This document shows, one piece after another, positions 62,104 to 64,000 of a stretch of DNA of 64,000 nt. The stretch covers positions 12,273 through 76,272 of the forward strand of contig JAOAJY010000002.1 of the NCBI GenBank assembly GCA_026413965.1, in the 5' to 3' direction. Source of the stretch: Candidatus Micrarchaeota archaeon. GTDB taxonomy: Archaea > Micrarchaeota > Micrarchaeia > Anstonellales > Anstonellaceae. The notes below the pieces were generated by a model. The model did no database searches and was not told the DNA's origin. It saw nothing but the letters and a program-made list of their open reading frames with translations. The position numbers were made by a program, and so were the translations under genes. The stretch's first letter is position 1. Each line of letters begins with the position of its first letter.

Positions 62104-63055
62104 TTCTGGTGTGCGCATGGGGTATCCCTGCCCCAACCTTCTGGACAACTTTGGTGGCAAGCATGCACCCTATCTTGGCGCTCCCAAGAGCGGTGTAGCC
62201 TCTTGAAAGCCCGTAGAGGACTCCTGCTGCATAGGCATCTCCTGCGCCCGTGGTGTCTATCACCCTTGCCGAAAGGGCGGCTATCTTGTGCTGCCTTCCT
62301 TGCAAAAACAGGCGCGAGCCTCCTGCCCCCCTTTTGAGATATACCGGGATTTCCGGCTTAAGCAGGCGCATTTTCTTTTCGGCTCCTGCCCCAAAAAGAG
62401 CCTCAGCCTCCTCCTCATTCATGAAAAGCACATCGGCGTATTTCCTTATCGCAGGCAATATCTCGCCCTTCCTTTTTCTTGCCATGGGCGCATTTTCCAC
62501 CGATATTGCGACCTTTTTGCCCTCTTTTTTGGCAGCCTCAAGATACTTGCGCGCCAGCTTTGAGACAGGTCCGCTGCAGCAGAGCGTTATTGAGGTCAAA
62601 AAGAAAATCTTGGAATTCCTCAAAGCCAGCCTTTGGGGCTGGCTGCAGCTTTCAGACACTCCCAAGTGCGCGCAGAAAGTCCTCTGCCCGTCAGGGGTCA
62701 CAAGGGCAATTATCCTGCCTGTCTGCCCTTTTTTTCGCGAAAGGAAAGAGGCAATCCCGCACTCTGCCAAATTGGACTCAAAAAATGCCCCGTCCGGATC
62801 GCTGCCAACCGTTCCCTGAAAGCCAGCAAATCCGCCCAGGGCAGAGAAGCCCTCGCACACATTCCTCGCGTTGTCGCCTGGGTATTTGTGCATTATCTTT
62901 CCCCTAATCATGCTTTCGATTTCAGCAAGCTTGCTCCTTGGGAAAAAGTTGGTGGCTCCTTTTTCCAAGCAAAGCTTCCGCAAGGCGCTTTCTTCTGCCT
63001 TGGCGAAAATGTCAATAACAGGCGTGCCAAGCGCAAATAGGTCCATGCCCTTCAT
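62087..63055 (-). CDS. PfkB-family carbohydrate/nucleoside kinase
   Basis: C-terminal DTTGAGDAYAAG and N-terminal glycine-rich PfkB signatures. 322 aa. Confidence 0.8.
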   Translation of the reverse strand: MKGMDLFALGTPVIDIFAKAEESALRKLCLEKGATNFFPRSKLAEIESMIRGKIMHKYPGDNARNVCEGFSALGGFAGFQGTVGSDPDGAFFESNLAECGIASFLSRKKGQTGRIIALVTPDGQRTFCAHLGVSESCSQPQRLALRNSKIFFLTSITLCCSGPVSKLARKYLEAAKKEGKKVAISVENAPMARKRKGEILPAIRKYADVLFMNEEEAEALFGAGAEKKMRLLKPEIPVYLKRGAGGSRLFLQGRQHKIAALSARVIDTTGAGDAYAAGVLYGLSRGYTALGSAKIGCMLATKVVQKVGAGIPHAHTRIRIRH

Positions 63056-63180
63056 TTCTGCCTTGGGGTAAATATTGGTTTGCTTTTTTGCTGCCTTCTT
63101 TTTTCTCCCATGCCAACCATTTTAAACAATCAAGGCGAAGAACTCTATCAAAGCCTTGGCTGCAAAAGGGTGGAGAGCAT

Positions 63181-64000
63181 ATGGTTGAGCAGAAGAAAAA
63201 GGAATCAAGAGAGGGCATGATAGATTCTTATGTTTTTGACAACGAAGGCATCCAGGTTCTTGCGAAGATATCCGCAAAGCCTGGGCAGTATGTGCCGCTT
63301 TATGAGATTAGCGTGCGGGAGCTTTCAGAAGGCACAAGGCTGGTGCTCAACACCCTGAAAGGCGAGCTGATCACCACAGTCAAGCTTGACATCACCGAAA
63401 TAATGGACCCCAAGAAGCGCGACGATGTCAAGAAAAAGTTTGAGCAAAGGGCGCATTTTCTCTTGGGCAAGCATTTCCCCACGCTCTCGGAAGCAGACAA
63501 GAAAGTCCTGACTGCCTATCTTATCCAAAATTCGCTTGGCCTAGGCGAGCTTGAGCCTCTTATGCATGATGAGCATCTTGAGGAGATTGCCATAAACTCT
63601 TCGGCTGAGCCCATATGGGTTTACCACAAAAAATACGGCTGGTGCAAAACCAACGTCCATCTCAAAAGCGAGGAGGCGATATTTGACATCGCCTCAATGA
63701 TAGGAAGGAGGATAGGCAAGCAGATAAATGTGCTCAATCCTGTGATGGATGCGCACCTTTCAACAGGGGACAGGGTGAATGCCACCCTTTTTCCAGTCTC
63801 CTCGTTCGGCAACACCATCACCATCAGGAAATTCTCAAGAAACCCATGGACCATACCCTACCTGATAGAGCTCAACTGCATCTCCCCGCAGCTTGCGGGC
63901 CTGATATGGCTGTGCATCCAAAACGAAATGTCGCTTTTGGTTTCAGGCGGGACCGGCTCCGGAAAGACCTCATTCCTCAACGCAATCGCCTGCCTCATCC
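63181..64000 (+). CDS. FlaI/PilB/VirB11-type secretion ATPase (type IV filament assembly); 3' end lies outside the window
   Basis: An ORF from the ATG at 63181 is open to the window end (not in the track). It contains LGLGELEPLMHDEHLEEIAINS, DRVNATLFPVS and Walker A SGGTGSGKTS. A TATA-like CATTTTAAAC lies upstream. Confidence 0.85.
   Translation, partial: MVEQKKKESREGMIDSYVFDNEGIQVLAKISAKPGQYVPLYEISVRELSEGTRLVLNTLKGELITTVKLDITEIMDPKKRDDVKKKFEQRAHFLLGKHFPTLSEADKKVLTAYLIQNSLGLGELEPLMHDEHLEEIAINSSAEPIWVYHKKYGWCKTNVHLKSEEAIFDIASMIGRRIGKQINVLNPVMDAHLSTGDRVNATLFPVSSFGNTITIRKFSRNPWTIPYLIELNCISPQLAGLIWLCIQNEMSLLVSGGTGSGKTSFLNAIACLI

Overview
This window is a 64-kb stretch of a compact archaeal chromosome. 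GC is in the mid-50s % by eye, and genes are packed on both strands with frequent 1-15 nt overlaps. Archaeal identity is clear from a DnaG-type primase, RFC small subunit, Orc1/Cdc6, Hjc, ABCE1, Pelota, LSm, ribosomal proteins S8e and L41e, Bud32 and Cgi121 (KEOPS), Trm1, Cdc48, EndoQ, ScpA/ScpB, proteins with class-III (pilin-type) signal peptides, and a FlaI/VirB11-type ATPase at the right edge. Housekeeping metabolism is present too: purL/purQ, ThyX, enolase, IleRS/HisRS/TrpRS, pantoate kinase, MtaD and glycosyltransferases. The lineage cannot be fixed from sequence alone.

The RNA layer is the most unusual part.
- There are six tRNA genes, and four are interrupted. tRNA-Glu(CUC) has three insertions (D-loop, anticodon loop and T-loop), tRNA-Ala(GGC) has two, tRNA-Val(GAC) has a D-loop insertion, and tRNA-Phe has a canonical intron.
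- A 112-nt G/C-clamped multi-hairpin element starts exactly one nucleotide after the discriminator base of two unrelated tRNAs (Ala and Val). The two copies are about 95% identical, and all differences fall outside the proposed stems and the central segment. I flag this as a candidate undescribed tRNA-linked structured RNA.

Other items absent from the ORF track:
- a C/D-box sRNA candidate;
- a 24-aa L41e gene;
- a 52-aa zinc-ribbon ORF translationally coupled to the methyltransferase of a low-GC type II restriction-modification island.

Further oddities:
- an unknown membrane protein wedged between ABCE1 and Pelota;
- an EPSP-synthase-fold protein and a KaiC-like protein whose catalytic residues both appear substituted;
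- a PPAT-YjjX fusion;
- a PurS-PurS-PurL fusion;
- a divergent coiled-coil / tandem winged-helix gene pair.

All family calls come from motif recognition by eye. No searches were run.
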